DNA of 36,154 nt from UHGV virus genome UHGV-0071286; one strand, 5' to 3'. The position numbers were made by a program, and so were the translations under genes. Shown here piece after piece: positions 1 to 10,293 of the stretch. Source of the stretch: a virus. Under the pieces are notes generated by a model, which did no database searches, was not told where the DNA came from, and worked only from the letters and a program-made list of their open reading frames with translations. Each line of letters starts with the position of its first letter. The first letter of the stretch is position 1.

Positions 1-1056
1 TGGTCCGGGTGGTCCGGCCTCTCCACGTGGGCCGGTGTCACCTTTCGGCCCCGGCTCACCTCTCGGACCAGCATCCCCCTTTGGTCCCTGAGGCCCCCCC
101 GGGTCTCCTTTTTCGCCTCTGGCCCCGGTTTCACCACGCGGCCCCATTGCTCCCTGTGGCCCGGTCGCACCACGTGGGCCAGATGGCCCTGTTGCGCCAG
201 CTGGCCCCTGCACTCCCTGAGGTCCCCGTTCTCCTGTATCACCTTTCTGGCCCGGTATGCCCTGAGGTCCGCGCTCTCCCTGCTCACCTTTCTCCCCACG
301 CGGACCCGCCGGACCTGTTTCACCACGAGGACCAGCATCACCTTTCGGTCCTGTATCGCCTTTAGGTCCTCGTGCATTCTCAGCCATACGTCTGGCTTCT
401 TCAGCACTAACTGTAGCAGCCTCAGCACGTTTAAGAACGTCTCCGGCGGCCTCCTGAGCCACTCTGGCGGTTTCAGCATGTCGTCTGGCCTCTTTAGCGT
501 CAGCTGCCGCTGCCTTTTCAGACTCACCTGCCCGGGTCGCCGCCTCTGCAGCCTCACTGGCTTTTTGTGCAGACTCCGTCGCTTTGCTGGTCGCAGCCTT
601 CGCGCTTTCTGATGCAGTCTTCGCACTGGCAGCAGCGCTTTCCTTCGACTGTGAAGCCTGATTATTTTTCACCGCCGTGTCTTCGTTCAGACGACGAATC
701 GTGGCAAGGTCATCCGCCACATTGTTCTGTATCTGCCGGAAATCTGTCAGCAGTTCTCCGGGTATGCTCACCTCAACAAGACTGCGGCGTAACAGCATAT
801 TGAGCGTCACCGTACTTTCAGTCCCCTCAATACGCACACGTCCGTAGACAGCAGTCTTCCCTTTCACCGTCACAGAAACCGCATACTCCCCCGGCTCCAG
901 CGTCATTCCGTAATACCCGCCGTCACGAGTCACTGCTGACGCACTGGTGCCGCTGAGCGCATCCGGTGAAACTGTCAGCGCCGTCAGGGTAATATTTGCG
1001 CCTGATATTGCCTCACCATCAGGAGATTTCAGCGTCCCCGAAACAACAACACTCAC
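1..1056 (-). CDS. Tail fibre protein with collagen-like Gly-X-Y repeats (3'-partial, C-terminus runs off the left edge)
   Basis: Minus-strand frame open from GTG at 1054-1056 (SD GGAGGTGG upstream, overlaps stop of preceding gene) to position 1 without a stop. N-terminus [24 protein letters not shown] resembles side-tail-fibre N-termini. Nucleotides about 1-300 translate to uninterrupted [26 protein letters not shown]... triplets. Absent from the ORF track because it has no stop in the window. Confidence 0.7.
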   Translation of the reverse strand, partial: MSVVVSGTLKSPDGEAISGANITLTALTVSPDALSGTSASAVTRDGGYYGMTLEPGEYAVSVTVKGKTAVYGRVRIEGTESTVTLNMLLRRSLVEVSIPGELLTDFRQIQNNVADDLATIRRLNEDTAVKNNQASQSKESAAASAKTASESAKAATSKATESAQKASEAAEAATRAGESEKAAAADAKEARRHAETARVAQEAAGDVLKRAEAATVSAEEARRMAENARGPKGDTGPKGDAGPRGETGPAGPRGEKGEQGERGPQGIPGQKGDTGERGPQGVQGPAGATGPSGPRGATGPQGAMGPRGETGARGEKGDPGGPQGPKGDAGPRGEPGPKGDTGPRGEAGPPGP

Positions 1057-1703
1057 ATTCCACCTCCGTTAAACACCTTCTTGCGGGCAGACAATGCACT
1101 GTCTGCACCCTGTTTAATCCCGAGCTGCTCAACAAAACTCTGATAATGTTGTGCTGCCAGTCCTGACTCTGCACCACCGGCTGCATCCTTGCTGAATGCA
1201 CGAAACAACATCCAGTCAACCAGCGGGTTAACATAAGCCTCTTCCAGCGGTACAGGCGTGTCATCATCCTGCGTCAGAACATACACCGCCTCCGGAATGC
1301 GGCTGACCACAGCATCAACACTCACAGCCTCCTCCGGTGCCGGAAACAGCCAGAACACGCGCGGGGCAAGGTCACTGCTGATAAAGCATTCCGGTTTCCC
1401 CCTCAGCATGTGCCAGTCGGGATACTGTGCATCAAGCACCTCACGGGATTGCGGTTTTATAGCACTGCCATCGCTGAGGCATATCACGTCAAGAAGCTGT
1501 ATTGCGCCATCAGGCAAAGTCTGACGTGCACCAGGAACACAATTCAGCGTCTCCAGACTTGCGCCTGCATCCGGCCTTGCCAGAATCACCGCCCGCACAG
1601 CATCATTGTAATAATCACACAGCTCAGCCAGAGGCCAGCGCACCATCATCGGGTCAACCAGTTGCGTGTTCACTCGTCCGATGATTTCAGTAATCGTCGT
1701 CAT
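1053..1703 (-). CDS. Hypothetical virion/morphogenesis protein (216 aa)
   Basis: ORF track; ATG at 1701-1703 overlaps the stop of the upstream gene (TGATG); sits in the structural block between coat and tail fibre. Confidence 0.5.
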   Translation of the reverse strand: MTTITEIIGRVNTQLVDPMMVRWPLAELCDYYNDAVRAVILARPDAGASLETLNCVPGARQTLPDGAIQLLDVICLSDGSAIKPQSREVLDAQYPDWHMLRGKPECFISSDLAPRVFWLFPAPEEAVSVDAVVSRIPEAVYVLTQDDDTPVPLEEAYVNPLVDWMLFRAFSKDAAGGAESGLAAQHYQSFVEQLGIKQGADSALSARKKVFNGGGM

Positions 1704-2266
1704 CAGTAAAACCTTTGTCTGCGGACAGGATTGCGGTATGAGGAGTACGGACTTGTCGCCAGTGTGTCGCGATATGCCCGACGGATACCCTCAGAAAACA
1801 GCACAGAGAAATACTGTGCGCGCGACGGGTCTGACCATGAAACCCCGGTCTGCATGAACAACCGTTCAAGCGCCCCTGCAGCCACTTCTTCAGACCATGC
1901 CCGCAGTTCATCCTGCACCTGACGGCTCCCTGCTTTCGGAGCAACGGCATAAAGCACACTCACCTCTCCGGGCGAACAGGCAAAATGCATTACCCGCCCC
2001 GGGCGGATTTCCACATCATGACCGGCAAAAAGCTCACGCCCGTCAGCGAGGATACGAATAATATGTACGCACTCTTCATTCTCCGCGTCATATGGCAGCA
2101 CACAGTCCTCTCCGGCTGGCGGTGACAGCGTGGCTTCACGGCGGCACAACAGGGACTGACGGCAGAATGCCACTGCCGACATGGATAACGCATCCGTCAT
2201 CATAATGTTCAGCGGACCACTGATATGGCGACGGACATACGGTAAAAAATCAGTCAGTTCCGCCAT
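1703..2266 (-). CDS. Hypothetical virion/morphogenesis protein (start chosen at MAELTDF, 187 aa)
   Basis: ORF track 1703..2326; the internal ATG at 2266 has GGAG 11 nt upstream and gives a short overlap with the preceding gene; the N-terminal extension looks non-protein-like. Confidence 0.45.
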   Translation of the reverse strand: MAELTDFLPYVRRHISGPLNIMMTDALSMSAVAFCRQSLLCRREATLSPPAGEDCVLPYDAENEECVHIIRILADGRELFAGHDVEIRPGRVMHFACSPGEVSVLYAVAPKAGSRQVQDELRAWSEEVAAGALERLFMQTGVSWSDPSRAQYFSVLFSEGIRRAYRDTLATSPYSSYRNPVRRQRFY

Positions 2267-2711
2267 GCTGTTCAGTCTCCGCAACACGACGGCGAAATGC
2301 CTCACGCACACGGACACGAAATACATCAGCCGTTTCTTTCGGGTCTTTGTGAATATTCAGCTCTTCTGCCTCACACAACGTTGCCAGCCGTGCGGACGTG
2401 AGTTTGCTCAAATCCACATCCTGACCACCAACGCTAACCACAAAACTGTTCTCCGCTTCTGCAAGAGCCACCTGTTCTCTTTCCTGCGCCTGCTGTGCCT
2501 GCCGCAACTGCTCATCCTGTTGTTGCTTTTTGAGCACACCATCAAGCTCTTCATGACGAACCCAGACATCCGGAAAGGCCAGCAACTGCCAGGCAAGCGC
2601 GCTGTCAACATGCACCGGCTCAAGACGCGGGAACAGTGTACGACTCCCGGTAAGGGTATCCTTTTTCACGGGTTTGGGGCCGATATAGACAACGGCAATT
2701 TTCTCGCTCAT
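2250..2711 (-). CDS. Hypothetical virion/morphogenesis protein (153 aa)
   Basis: ORF track; ATG at 2711 with SD GGGGA 7 nt upstream. Confidence 0.5.
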   Translation of the reverse strand: MSEKIAVVYIGPKPVKKDTLTGSRTLFPRLEPVHVDSALAWQLLAFPDVWVRHEELDGVLKKQQQDEQLRQAQQAQEREQVALAEAENSFVVSVGGQDVDLSKLTSARLATLCEAEELNIHKDPKETADVFRVRVREAFRRRVAETEQHGGTD

Positions 2712-2723
2712 ATAATTCCCCGG

Positions 2724-2750
2724 ATAAAAAAGCCCGCATGACGCGGGCCG
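2724..2750 (-). terminator. Rho-independent terminator after the 130-aa gene
   Basis: Minus-strand hairpin GCCCGCGTCATGCGGGC (2732-2748) followed by a U-run (plus-strand A-run 2725-2730). Confidence 0.6.
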
Positions 2751-2761
2751 GAAGGTTTATA

Positions 2762-3154
2762 TCAGTATCCCACCACGGTATAACGCAGCAGAACATTCAG
2801 GGTACCGGTCGCAGCAGCTGTCTTAATGGTGACCGTAACCAGCTCTCCATCACTCTGTGTGGTGTACGGCTCCACTGGCACATATTTAGCAAAGCTGGCA
2901 GTTACTGCACCACTGTCACCAATGAGCTCATGCTTGCCAGATTTAACGCTGACGGTCGCCGTACCACCAAGACCACCTTTTGAAATCAGTTGGATCCCAT
3001 TAATGCGAACGCCAGTCGGCAGTGAGAGAAGATTAATAACGGTTTCCTGTTCGGCAGCATTCACTGTAAACACACCTTCTGCCACCGACTCATTACCATG
3101 CGTACCTGAATAAACCCGCTCACTCAGTGACGGAGCAAGGATAGTCTTTGCCAT
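2762..3154 (-). CDS. Small head-associated protein (130 aa, possible decoration/Ig-like protein) flanked by terminators
   Basis: ATG at 3154 with SD AGGAG; Gly/Thr/Val-rich beta-like composition; immediately after the coat gene; terminators on both sides. Confidence 0.5.
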   Translation of the reverse strand: MAKTILAPSLSERVYSGTHGNESVAEGVFTVNAAEQETVINLLSLPTGVRINGIQLISKGGLGGTATVSVKSGKHELIGDSGAVTASFAKYVPVEPYTTQSDGELVTVTIKTAAATGTLNVLLRYTVVGY

Positions 3155-3167
3155 AATTAATGACTCC

Positions 3168-3192
3168 TGAAAAAGCCGGGCGATAACCCGGC
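3168..3192 (-). terminator. Rho-independent terminator after the major capsid gene
   Basis: Minus-strand hairpin GCCGGGTTATCGCCCGGC (3175-3192) followed by UUUUUCAGG. Confidence 0.6.
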
Positions 3193-3208
3193 ATGGGGAA
3201 AGGAAAAA

Positions 3209-4423
3209 TCACAGCTTCACTGCGGTATCAACGGCAATAACACCGTGATCCTGCATCTTGCCGCTCTTCTCGGGGAAACGGATTTTTTTCAGACCGTTGA
3301 TCCAGCTGATTGCTATCTCAGTACGGTTATCCATATCCGTTTTCTTCTCAACCATGTTGAAGTGGCCGCCGCCCTTCTGGCCGTACGCATTCGCCAGCGC
3401 CTGAGCCCCCAGCAGCATGGCACGGTCGATGTTGGTCTTGGCCTGCTTCTCCTCTGTGGTTGCTGCCATATCGTTTTTCGATACAAGGACCTTTGAGTCC
3501 TTATAGAAACGGATCGGCATCCCCGCATACTTACGGACCAGAATATTGCGCCACATCGCACATTCGCCTTTGAACAGCGGATGGTTAAACCCTTTTGAGC
3601 GGTTTACGGCACGCGTCATCATCTGGTTCCAGTCCTTGCCGGACGTGGAGGTGTACCAGTCATTCCACTGACGCGGCGTGACGTAGAGGACGTAATACGG
3701 ATCTTCGCCATACAGCTCATCACCGGACAGGCGTACCGGTTGTAACGGATGAGCCATCTCGTCAATAAACAACGAGAGATTATCGACCAGCGCAAGAGTG
3801 AACAGGTCAGACTGGTCAATACTCTCAAAACTCGTCGCATCCCCACCGAAAAAATGACGATCATGCGTCGGCGGCAGTACGTCGTTGATCATGATTTTTT
3901 TGAATTCAGGGTGATCTGCCGTTGGCAGAATGGTGTCATCAGCAACAAAATCACCGCGGGCACCGGCAAGATGCACTATCGCACACTGGTCCTGCAGGTC
4001 GTTAAAGTACGTACCCAGCAGCGTTCTGGCAGAGGATGCCAGGTTGAACTTCGTACGCTGTTGGCTCATACGTCCGCCCGCATCCACCAGGTGACGGCCC
4101 TGATTAATTTTCAGGGAAAAATCAGCATGGCTGAGGTCTTCACCACGGCCTTCAACGCGCTCATCCCCCATCGTCGGACGTTTAGAGAGTTTGTGCATGA
4201 TGCTGAACGTCACTTCATCACCGGCCTGTTTGTTGAGGTCCGTGATTCGCACAACCGGTGCACCGGCACTGGTCTGCTTCGTGCTTTTCTTGTCAGGCGA
4301 AACTGCTTTTGGTGCATCCTGCTGTTCAGTGAGTATATTCACCATTGAGCGGTTGCGGTTGGCAGCCGTGAAAAGCGCCACCTGATACAGCTTATTCGCC
4401 TGGGCTGTTGTTACTGTGGTCAT
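3209..4423 (-). CDS. Major capsid (coat) protein, 404 aa
   Basis: Position after terminase, portal and scaffold in the canonical head-gene order; size typical of HK97-fold coat proteins; strong terminator downstream. Assigned from gene order, not from recognised sequence. Confidence 0.6.
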   Translation of the reverse strand: MTTVTTAQANKLYQVALFTAANRNRSMVNILTEQQDAPKAVSPDKKSTKQTSAGAPVVRITDLNKQAGDEVTFSIMHKLSKRPTMGDERVEGRGEDLSHADFSLKINQGRHLVDAGGRMSQQRTKFNLASSARTLLGTYFNDLQDQCAIVHLAGARGDFVADDTILPTADHPEFKKIMINDVLPPTHDRHFFGGDATSFESIDQSDLFTLALVDNLSLFIDEMAHPLQPVRLSGDELYGEDPYYVLYVTPRQWNDWYTSTSGKDWNQMMTRAVNRSKGFNHPLFKGECAMWRNILVRKYAGMPIRFYKDSKVLVSKNDMAATTEEKQAKTNIDRAMLLGAQALANAYGQKGGGHFNMVEKKTDMDNRTEIAISWINGLKKIRFPEKSGKMQDHGVIAVDTAVKL

Positions 4424-4445
4424 TACGTCAGTACTCCTTCAGTGG

Positions 4446-5453
4446 TTACCCGAGTTTTTCCAGAATCGCGTCAATTTCAGCGTCCGTCATGCCTCGCATG
4501 GCGGCTTCAATTTCGGTATGGGAAGCACCAAGTAACCGTTCAAAATTATCACCGGTTCCGACGGAAGCCGTGTTGCCAAGCTCTGACGGGGAAGCAGGCA
4601 CAGCCATCTCCCGTTCAGCGGCTTTCACTTTTTCTTCCGCCGTTTTCCGGATATCCGTGTTGTCTGCCTTGTCATCAGAAGGCGGCTCACTGGCTTCACC
4701 GAAAGCGAGCTGCGTACGGCGGGCCACTTCGGCGAAACGTTCAGTGAGCGGTTTGTCTTTCCATGCGGGGTCATTCTGGAGCTTCCCGTCGATGGATACG
4801 GCAACCGAGAAGCGATCCGGATCGGAGTTCTGCCACGTTTTCAGCACCGGCACGGCATTCATCGCATCAAGAACCGGTGATAAATCCTCACCACCATGAC
4901 CTTCTGCCTGCTGTGCTGATTGCTGAACACGGGACTGGAGATAGTTATTTTTACGGATGAGCGAAGCCACCGCGTCACCAATTTCCGGATACATATCCCT
5001 GATACGGGCAATCTTCTCATCAGAGATTTTTTCGTTTTCCGGTAACGGTGCGGGTTTCATACCGGCCTGGTGGATCTGAGACGTCAGCAGTTCAACCAGG
5101 CGTTTTTCTTCGGCTATCTGTCCCCGAAGAAGTGCGGCTTCCTGTTCGGCCCGCTGCTTACCGGAACGTTCAGCCTCAAGGACTTCATAGGGAATGACGT
5201 GTTTACCATCGCGGGTGAGCACACCCTTCGCCTCCGGCTCCTTCACGTCCTGCGTCTGCTCAGCACTGGCATCCGGCGTCGGTGCCGCAGTGTTATCGCC
5301 CGTCTGTGTCTGTGCTGCCTCATCCGCATGATTTTCTGTGGCGGCCTCTGTCACGCAGTCCTGTTCGTGACCGTCAATATCCACATCTCCAAGCCCTTCC
5401 AGCATTTTTTCCAGTTGTTCCGGGGTTTCTTCACCCGTAAATTCAAAATCCAT
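4446..5453 (-). CDS. Putative scaffolding protein (335 aa, acidic, helical)
   Basis: Between portal and coat; highly charged, Ala/Glu/Gln-rich sequence; ATG at 5453 with SD GGAG. Confidence 0.5.
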   Translation of the reverse strand: MDFEFTGEETPEQLEKMLEGLGDVDIDGHEQDCVTEAATENHADEAAQTQTGDNTAAPTPDASAEQTQDVKEPEAKGVLTRDGKHVIPYEVLEAERSGKQRAEQEAALLRGQIAEEKRLVELLTSQIHQAGMKPAPLPENEKISDEKIARIRDMYPEIGDAVASLIRKNNYLQSRVQQSAQQAEGHGGEDLSPVLDAMNAVPVLKTWQNSDPDRFSVAVSIDGKLQNDPAWKDKPLTERFAEVARRTQLAFGEASEPPSDDKADNTDIRKTAEEKVKAAEREMAVPASPSELGNTASVGTGDNFERLLGASHTEIEAAMRGMTDAEIDAILEKLG

Positions 5454-5564
5454 AAATAACTCCGCATGGTCTGTTTATCGGACAGATCCGAATGGTTGAG
5501 TAAATAAGGCTTATCGCTGCCCCCGCGAATAAGCGCACCGCTCCCGGAACGCTTATCTCCGGAA

Positions 5565-5590
5565 ACAAAAAACCCCGTACGATGACGGGG
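5565..5590 (-). terminator. Rho-independent terminator after the portal gene
   Basis: Minus-strand hairpin CCCCGTCATCGTACGGGG (5573-5590) followed by UUUUUUGUUU. Confidence 0.55.
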
Positions 5591-5610
5591 TTCCGTTAAG
5601 TTCAGGATTT

Positions 5611-7755
5611 TCAGAGCGGCATTTCATGCATCCGCTGTTGTAGTGTATGCAGCATCTGTTGCTGAAGAACTTCCTGCTCCTGTTCCATATTCTGTATGCC
5701 GGTAATGATTTCTGCCGTATGTGCCTGGTTAAGCGCATCCACATAACGCTGTCCCTGTGCCGCGGCGACATCCCGTTGTGCGCCAGCATTATCCCGTTGC
5801 GCAGCCGCGCGTGCCCTGGCAGCTTCTGCTTCCAGTTTAGCCACCCGGCCTGTCATTTCGCGCATCTGAAGTTCTGCCTGCTGTTGCTCCAGCGCCTGCT
5901 GTTGTGCTGCCGCTTCCTGCTCTTCCGGAGTCATCTCATCCGGTGATTTTGGCGTCCCCAGCGCCGCACGAATACGTTCGACAAATTCCTGTTTCTGCGG
6001 CACATCCAGAAGATTAACCCACAGATCGAGCACAACAGCCTGCACCTGAGGCGGCAGCCCCTGAATAACCTCTGACATTCTCTGTGCAAGCTGTGCCTTA
6101 AACGCCGGTGTCTGCTGAACAGGAGCCAGCGCAATATGTGTATTTAACCTTGAAATATCATTGGTCAGTTCACCATTATCACCTTCAGCATTGAGGACAA
6201 TGGTCTGGCGACGCTGACGATCATCGCGATTAATCACCACCGCATGATTACGCCGCTTTTTCAGGTCATCAAGAAGATAAGCGAGCAACAGCCTTCCCAC
6301 CTGCTGGCAGGCAAACTGGTAGTTATCGTTGATTTCGGCAAGGGTTGTGGCTCCCTGCTCCACCAGGTTGCTGATCGCCACGCCGGACGATGCATTTGAA
6401 TCCTGCCCGAGAAATGCGGAATAAACCCCCATCGTGTCCTGGATAAGTTTTTCCGACTCCTGCATGACCTGAAACTGCTGGCTGGCAACCTGAAAATCCT
6501 GTTCAACCCGGAAAACATCAGCAACGCTTTTCTGATTTTTTCGGGCCGGATTCAGTTTAATAATGCCATCCGGACGCTCGATCTGCTCCATCAGATCGTT
6601 GTCTGACAACTGGGTGGCATCCTCGTCCATAATCACGCGTTTGGCCTGAAGCAACCACGTCAGTTTTATACGACGAAAATTCACCTCATCCTGTGCCGGA
6701 ATGGCCCGGGAAATCAGCCCGTAAGGCTCCCCGGTTTTATCCTTCCGGTATCCCCAGAAGGGAACCAGCGGGAACATCCCCTGCGGCGCACTGCAGGGGC
6801 GATCCACAATAAAGTGCGGTCCCACAAACCAGGCTTCACGAATACGACTTACCCGCCCGACTCTCACCTGCACCCGCCCGGATGCCACAGCCACCGCATG
6901 CATCAGATTATTTTTATCAAAGGCCACCACCCGTCCATTACTGAGTTCAATCACCGGAAGACGCTCGAATGTACGGTAATAAACCACCTGAAGCAGCACA
7001 CGACGGCGTTCACGCTGAAGCCATTCGTTCTGCTGTCGATCCCATGACTGATACTCTTCCCATGCACTCATCAACGGACTGGGCTGGCCTTCAGTAACCG
7101 TGGTATCGACAAAACCACGCCAGTCATCAATGGCATAATCGATAACCTGAGCCATTCCCGGAAATGTGGCTTTTGCCTCATCGGTATCCATCCAGCGGCG
7201 GCGCATCAGCCAGCGGCAGTCACTTAAATCAGCCTCCCGGCTAAGCCAGTCCCAGAACACTTCATTCCGGCTGACAGTAGACACCTTAAACTCAGGCCCG
7301 AACGGATCGCTGTTCCGTCTGACCTCCACCCAGCTGAGCCCCGCTTTGATTTGTTCCGCATAGGCATCAGAACGGGCTTTATTCATATTTCCAAGGCGGC
7401 AAGCATCGGCAAATTCAGCATTAATAGCTTCAGCCAGTTTTTCTGTTTCATCATCAGGATCATCTGATATCACCAACAGATCAGTCCGCGTTTTGGCCTC
7501 CATACCCAGAACACCATCAACGGTAGGCGCGATGAGGTTATGGATGGTCATCGGCTGACCGCGATCTTTCAACACCAGGAGAACTTCCGGTGGCAACTGG
7601 TCACCATCGTAATACGCACAGGCCTTGTTTGCGGCATCGCGCCATTTAGGCTGACTGTCAATATCAGAACAAAGCGCCTGTAACTGGCGCTGAGAAAAAC
7701 GCGGCGTGGCTCCGTTGTCGTTTTTCGTCGCCATGGTATTAGTTTCATTTTTCAT
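5611..7755 (-). CDS. Portal protein (714 aa) with long C-terminal coiled-coil tail
   Basis: Immediately downstream of TerL (ATGA overlap at 7755); size and Ala/Gln/Glu-rich helical C-terminus as in P22 gp1-type portals. Confidence 0.75.
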   Translation of the reverse strand: MKNETNTMATKNDNGATPRFSQRQLQALCSDIDSQPKWRDAANKACAYYDGDQLPPEVLLVLKDRGQPMTIHNLIAPTVDGVLGMEAKTRTDLLVISDDPDDETEKLAEAINAEFADACRLGNMNKARSDAYAEQIKAGLSWVEVRRNSDPFGPEFKVSTVSRNEVFWDWLSREADLSDCRWLMRRRWMDTDEAKATFPGMAQVIDYAIDDWRGFVDTTVTEGQPSPLMSAWEEYQSWDRQQNEWLQRERRRVLLQVVYYRTFERLPVIELSNGRVVAFDKNNLMHAVAVASGRVQVRVGRVSRIREAWFVGPHFIVDRPCSAPQGMFPLVPFWGYRKDKTGEPYGLISRAIPAQDEVNFRRIKLTWLLQAKRVIMDEDATQLSDNDLMEQIERPDGIIKLNPARKNQKSVADVFRVEQDFQVASQQFQVMQESEKLIQDTMGVYSAFLGQDSNASSGVAISNLVEQGATTLAEINDNYQFACQQVGRLLLAYLLDDLKKRRNHAVVINRDDRQRRQTIVLNAEGDNGELTNDISRLNTHIALAPVQQTPAFKAQLAQRMSEVIQGLPPQVQAVVLDLWVNLLDVPQKQEFVERIRAALGTPKSPDEMTPEEQEAAAQQQALEQQQAELQMREMTGRVAKLEAEAARARAAAQRDNAGAQRDVAAAQGQRYVDALNQAHTAEIITGIQNMEQEQEVLQQQMLHTLQQRMHEMPL

Positions 7756-9461
7756 CAGTGAGCCATCCAGTGTGTGGTTCTGCGTTTATCCGTTTTCTGT
7801 TTTACCCTCACCGGCATTCTGGCGCGCATCTCCTGGGCAATCATGTAGCTCATAAGCTGATCATCAAAACAGCCTTCCTGTGCATTCATGGAGCCTTTCG
7901 CGTCATAAACGTAGGTGTTCATTTCTGATAATGTGCCCGACCAGCGGATCCCCGACAGGCCGTTATTCAGCAGCGTTTTCATTCCCTCTGTCAGGACCGG
8001 TTTACTCTGGCGGGTTGTCAGCCAGCCAAGACGGGGCGTATCGTCGTCATATGCCTGGTCAAGGTGCTGTTCGTTGTAGATATAACGCGTCGGATAGAGT
8101 TCCCTGAGTTTCAGGATAACGGCATGTCCGTGATTGTTACGCTCCGGCCCCACAAACGCGTTGTTGTACATACGGCAGACCTGCGCAATGAGATGAGCGA
8201 AAAGCTCCGCATCGAGATGACCAAACCAGTGAGCCACCTGCTCACCATTACTGCATCTGATGATATCCAGCGATGAGCGGTCTCCGTGCTCCAGCCCCTC
8301 AGCGGTATCTGCTCCGCATACATACTCTTCATCCGGATCCGGCAGCTCCCAGACCAGCAGATAATTCATCAGCGTCCGGTGCTGTTCGGCTTTATTCCCG
8401 TCACGCAGAGACTGCGCCTTGGTCTTCGTTCCTGTAACCGGTTCAATGTCATAAACAATCAGCGGTGGCGAACAGAATGACTCTGCCTGCAGCGTGCTTT
8501 CCGCACTGAACACCCGTCGTCCTGACGTCAGAAACGCCTCCTGTGGCGTTGAGGGAAATTCCTGCTTCATTTCCTCACGCTGTTCAGTTTCCTTGCAGAT
8601 GTACCAGTGTTTCTGCTCATCGGTAAGCGTGATGTTCATTGCTTTTTCAACCGCAGAAAAATACGCTGTTTTTTCCCGTGACAGCTTAAGTCCGCTTTCC
8701 GGCACTCTGGCGCTGTATTTGAGATCCTGCCACCAGGCGTAAAAATGGAATTTATAATCCTGTGGCGTCAGCGCCAGCCCTGATGCAGTGATTTCCTGTG
8801 CCCGGTTACTCATCTCGTAAAAATCGCCACCCACACCTTCAGCAGTGGATTCATCAAAGATAATGCACTCATCAGAGACGGCATTAAGTGTACCGGTTCG
8901 CAGTTCTTTCGCCTTAGCCGGATATTTTGCGCAAATTTTGCCGTGCTCTGAGATATGCAGGCGCTGCACCGTACCTGAACGGAATGAGGTTGCCACCTGG
9001 ATACTCGAGCCGTGACCAAACAGGATATAGCCACCGCTGGCTCCGCTACGACGTTCAACGATGGTGAATGAGGCTCTCAGCCAGTCAGGAAGATGATCAA
9101 ACGGTACAGCAATTTTGGTGCGGAAAATTTCACTGGCAGCCTGTTTATCCTGAGCGACAATCCCGCATTTGAGATGCGGTATGAATAATGCCTGGTCGAG
9201 AAGATAAATATCAATGGCCGTGGAAAACCCCAGCTGGCGTGCTTTCAGGATAATATTTTTATTGTGCATGCTCCGGAACAACTGGCGCTGCGCCGGTCGC
9301 ATTCTGAAGGTGACCAGCTCACCTTTTTCGTTCTGTATTTTGTAGAGATGATTGAGCCGCCACCAGGGATTGCTCAGTTTAGTCATGATGAACAGACGTT
9401 GTTCGGTCCCGGTCATTTCTGACGGTTCATCACATCGCGGTTCATTCTTCCGGAATGTCAT
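7755..9461 (-). CDS. Terminase large subunit (568 aa)
   Basis: ORF track; ATPase-like N-terminal region and nuclease-like C-terminal region; ATG at 9461 with SD GGGGAGA; overlaps the terS end by 20 nt. Confidence 0.8.
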   Translation of the reverse strand: MTFRKNEPRCDEPSEMTGTEQRLFIMTKLSNPWWRLNHLYKIQNEKGELVTFRMRPAQRQLFRSMHNKNIILKARQLGFSTAIDIYLLDQALFIPHLKCGIVAQDKQAASEIFRTKIAVPFDHLPDWLRASFTIVERRSGASGGYILFGHGSSIQVATSFRSGTVQRLHISEHGKICAKYPAKAKELRTGTLNAVSDECIIFDESTAEGVGGDFYEMSNRAQEITASGLALTPQDYKFHFYAWWQDLKYSARVPESGLKLSREKTAYFSAVEKAMNITLTDEQKHWYICKETEQREEMKQEFPSTPQEAFLTSGRRVFSAESTLQAESFCSPPLIVYDIEPVTGTKTKAQSLRDGNKAEQHRTLMNYLLVWELPDPDEEYVCGADTAEGLEHGDRSSLDIIRCSNGEQVAHWFGHLDAELFAHLIAQVCRMYNNAFVGPERNNHGHAVILKLRELYPTRYIYNEQHLDQAYDDDTPRLGWLTTRQSKPVLTEGMKTLLNNGLSGIRWSGTLSEMNTYVYDAKGSMNAQEGCFDDQLMSYMIAQEMRARMPVRVKQKTDKRRTTHWMAH

Positions 9462-10293
9462 CCAGTCTCCCCGAATTACTCATTTCATGCAGCGATGACA
9501 CGATGTCACTGACTGGCGTAATAACCCCCCGGCGCTGGCTGGTCAGAATATCGGTTTCCGCTCTGAGTTTATCTCTGGCGGCGTTGATTCTTTCCCGGTC
9601 AGCACGAAGTTTTGGTGCTGTTTCCGCCAGAACGTCCAGCGTCAGCAATGAGCGTTCAATTGACTCGATACGGGCAATATTCCGGTCAAGGGCCTGTTCT
9701 GCTTTGAGTATTTTGTCGTACAGGGCAACACGGGTTTCCACGTCAGCCGCCTCTTTCAGGTCGGCGAACATTTTTTTCAGTGTTCCTGTTACTGAAAGTG
9801 CGCGGGCCCGGGTGAACACCAGTTCATCGAACAGCACCATATCGGACGCATCATCCATGAGGTTATCTGCCTCAAGATACTTCGCATATCCACGGTGTCT
9901 CACGGCGTGGGTGTTACGGTCGCTAAACCGGGCAACGGGGTGAGGATTACCCGATCTGCTGTTGCGTTTCGTTTCTGCCGAATTTGCGCAGTTTTTTGCG
10001 CATTTTTCATCACTGCCATCATCGCCGTAAGACTCGTCATTACTGGACTCGTCATCAGCTCCATGCGCATTTTTTTGTGCGCTTTTTTGAGTGTCAATTT
10101 GCGCACTTTTTTGCGCATTTTTCTGCGCACTTTCCTCTGTATTTTTGGGGGAGTTTTTGCGCAGTTTTATGTACCGACGAGCCGTGCCATAGCTGATATT
10201 GTTCTGTCGACACCAGTCCTGAAGTTTTATGCCAGTTCTGGCATGTTCGCGTCGGAATGCCTGCTCCAGTTTTTTCCAGTCCAGCTTTGCCAT
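9442..10293 (-). CDS. Terminase small subunit (283 aa, N-terminal HTH, internal KSAQKNAQ-type repeats)
   Basis: Directly upstream of TerL; N-terminal HTH-like segment; contains a DNA repeat cluster (see findings). Confidence 0.6.
   Translation of the reverse strand: MAKLDWKKLEQAFRREHARTGIKLQDWCRQNNISYGTARRYIKLRKNSPKNTEESAQKNAQKSAQIDTQKSAQKNAHGADDESSNDESYGDDGSDEKCAKNCANSAETKRNSRSGNPHPVARFSDRNTHAVRHRGYAKYLEADNLMDDASDMVLFDELVFTRARALSVTGTLKKMFADLKEAADVETRVALYDKILKAEQALDRNIARIESIERSLLTLDVLAETAPKLRADRERINAARDKLRAETDILTSQRRGVITPVSDIVSSLHEMSNSGRLDDIPEE

Noticed and set aside
3749-4899. Plus-strand ORFs 3749..4348, 4191..4385, 4408..4899 and 4442..4747
   Set aside because: They lie antisense to the coat and scaffold genes and have Arg/Ser/Cys-rich shadow-frame composition; the minus-strand genes explain the region.
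5647-9943. Plus-strand ORFs opposite the portal, terminase and terS genes (e.g. 5647..5946, 6814..7047, 8494..8742, 9455..9943)
   Set aside because: Antisense shadows of long, well-supported minus-strand genes; no SD or plausible protein features.
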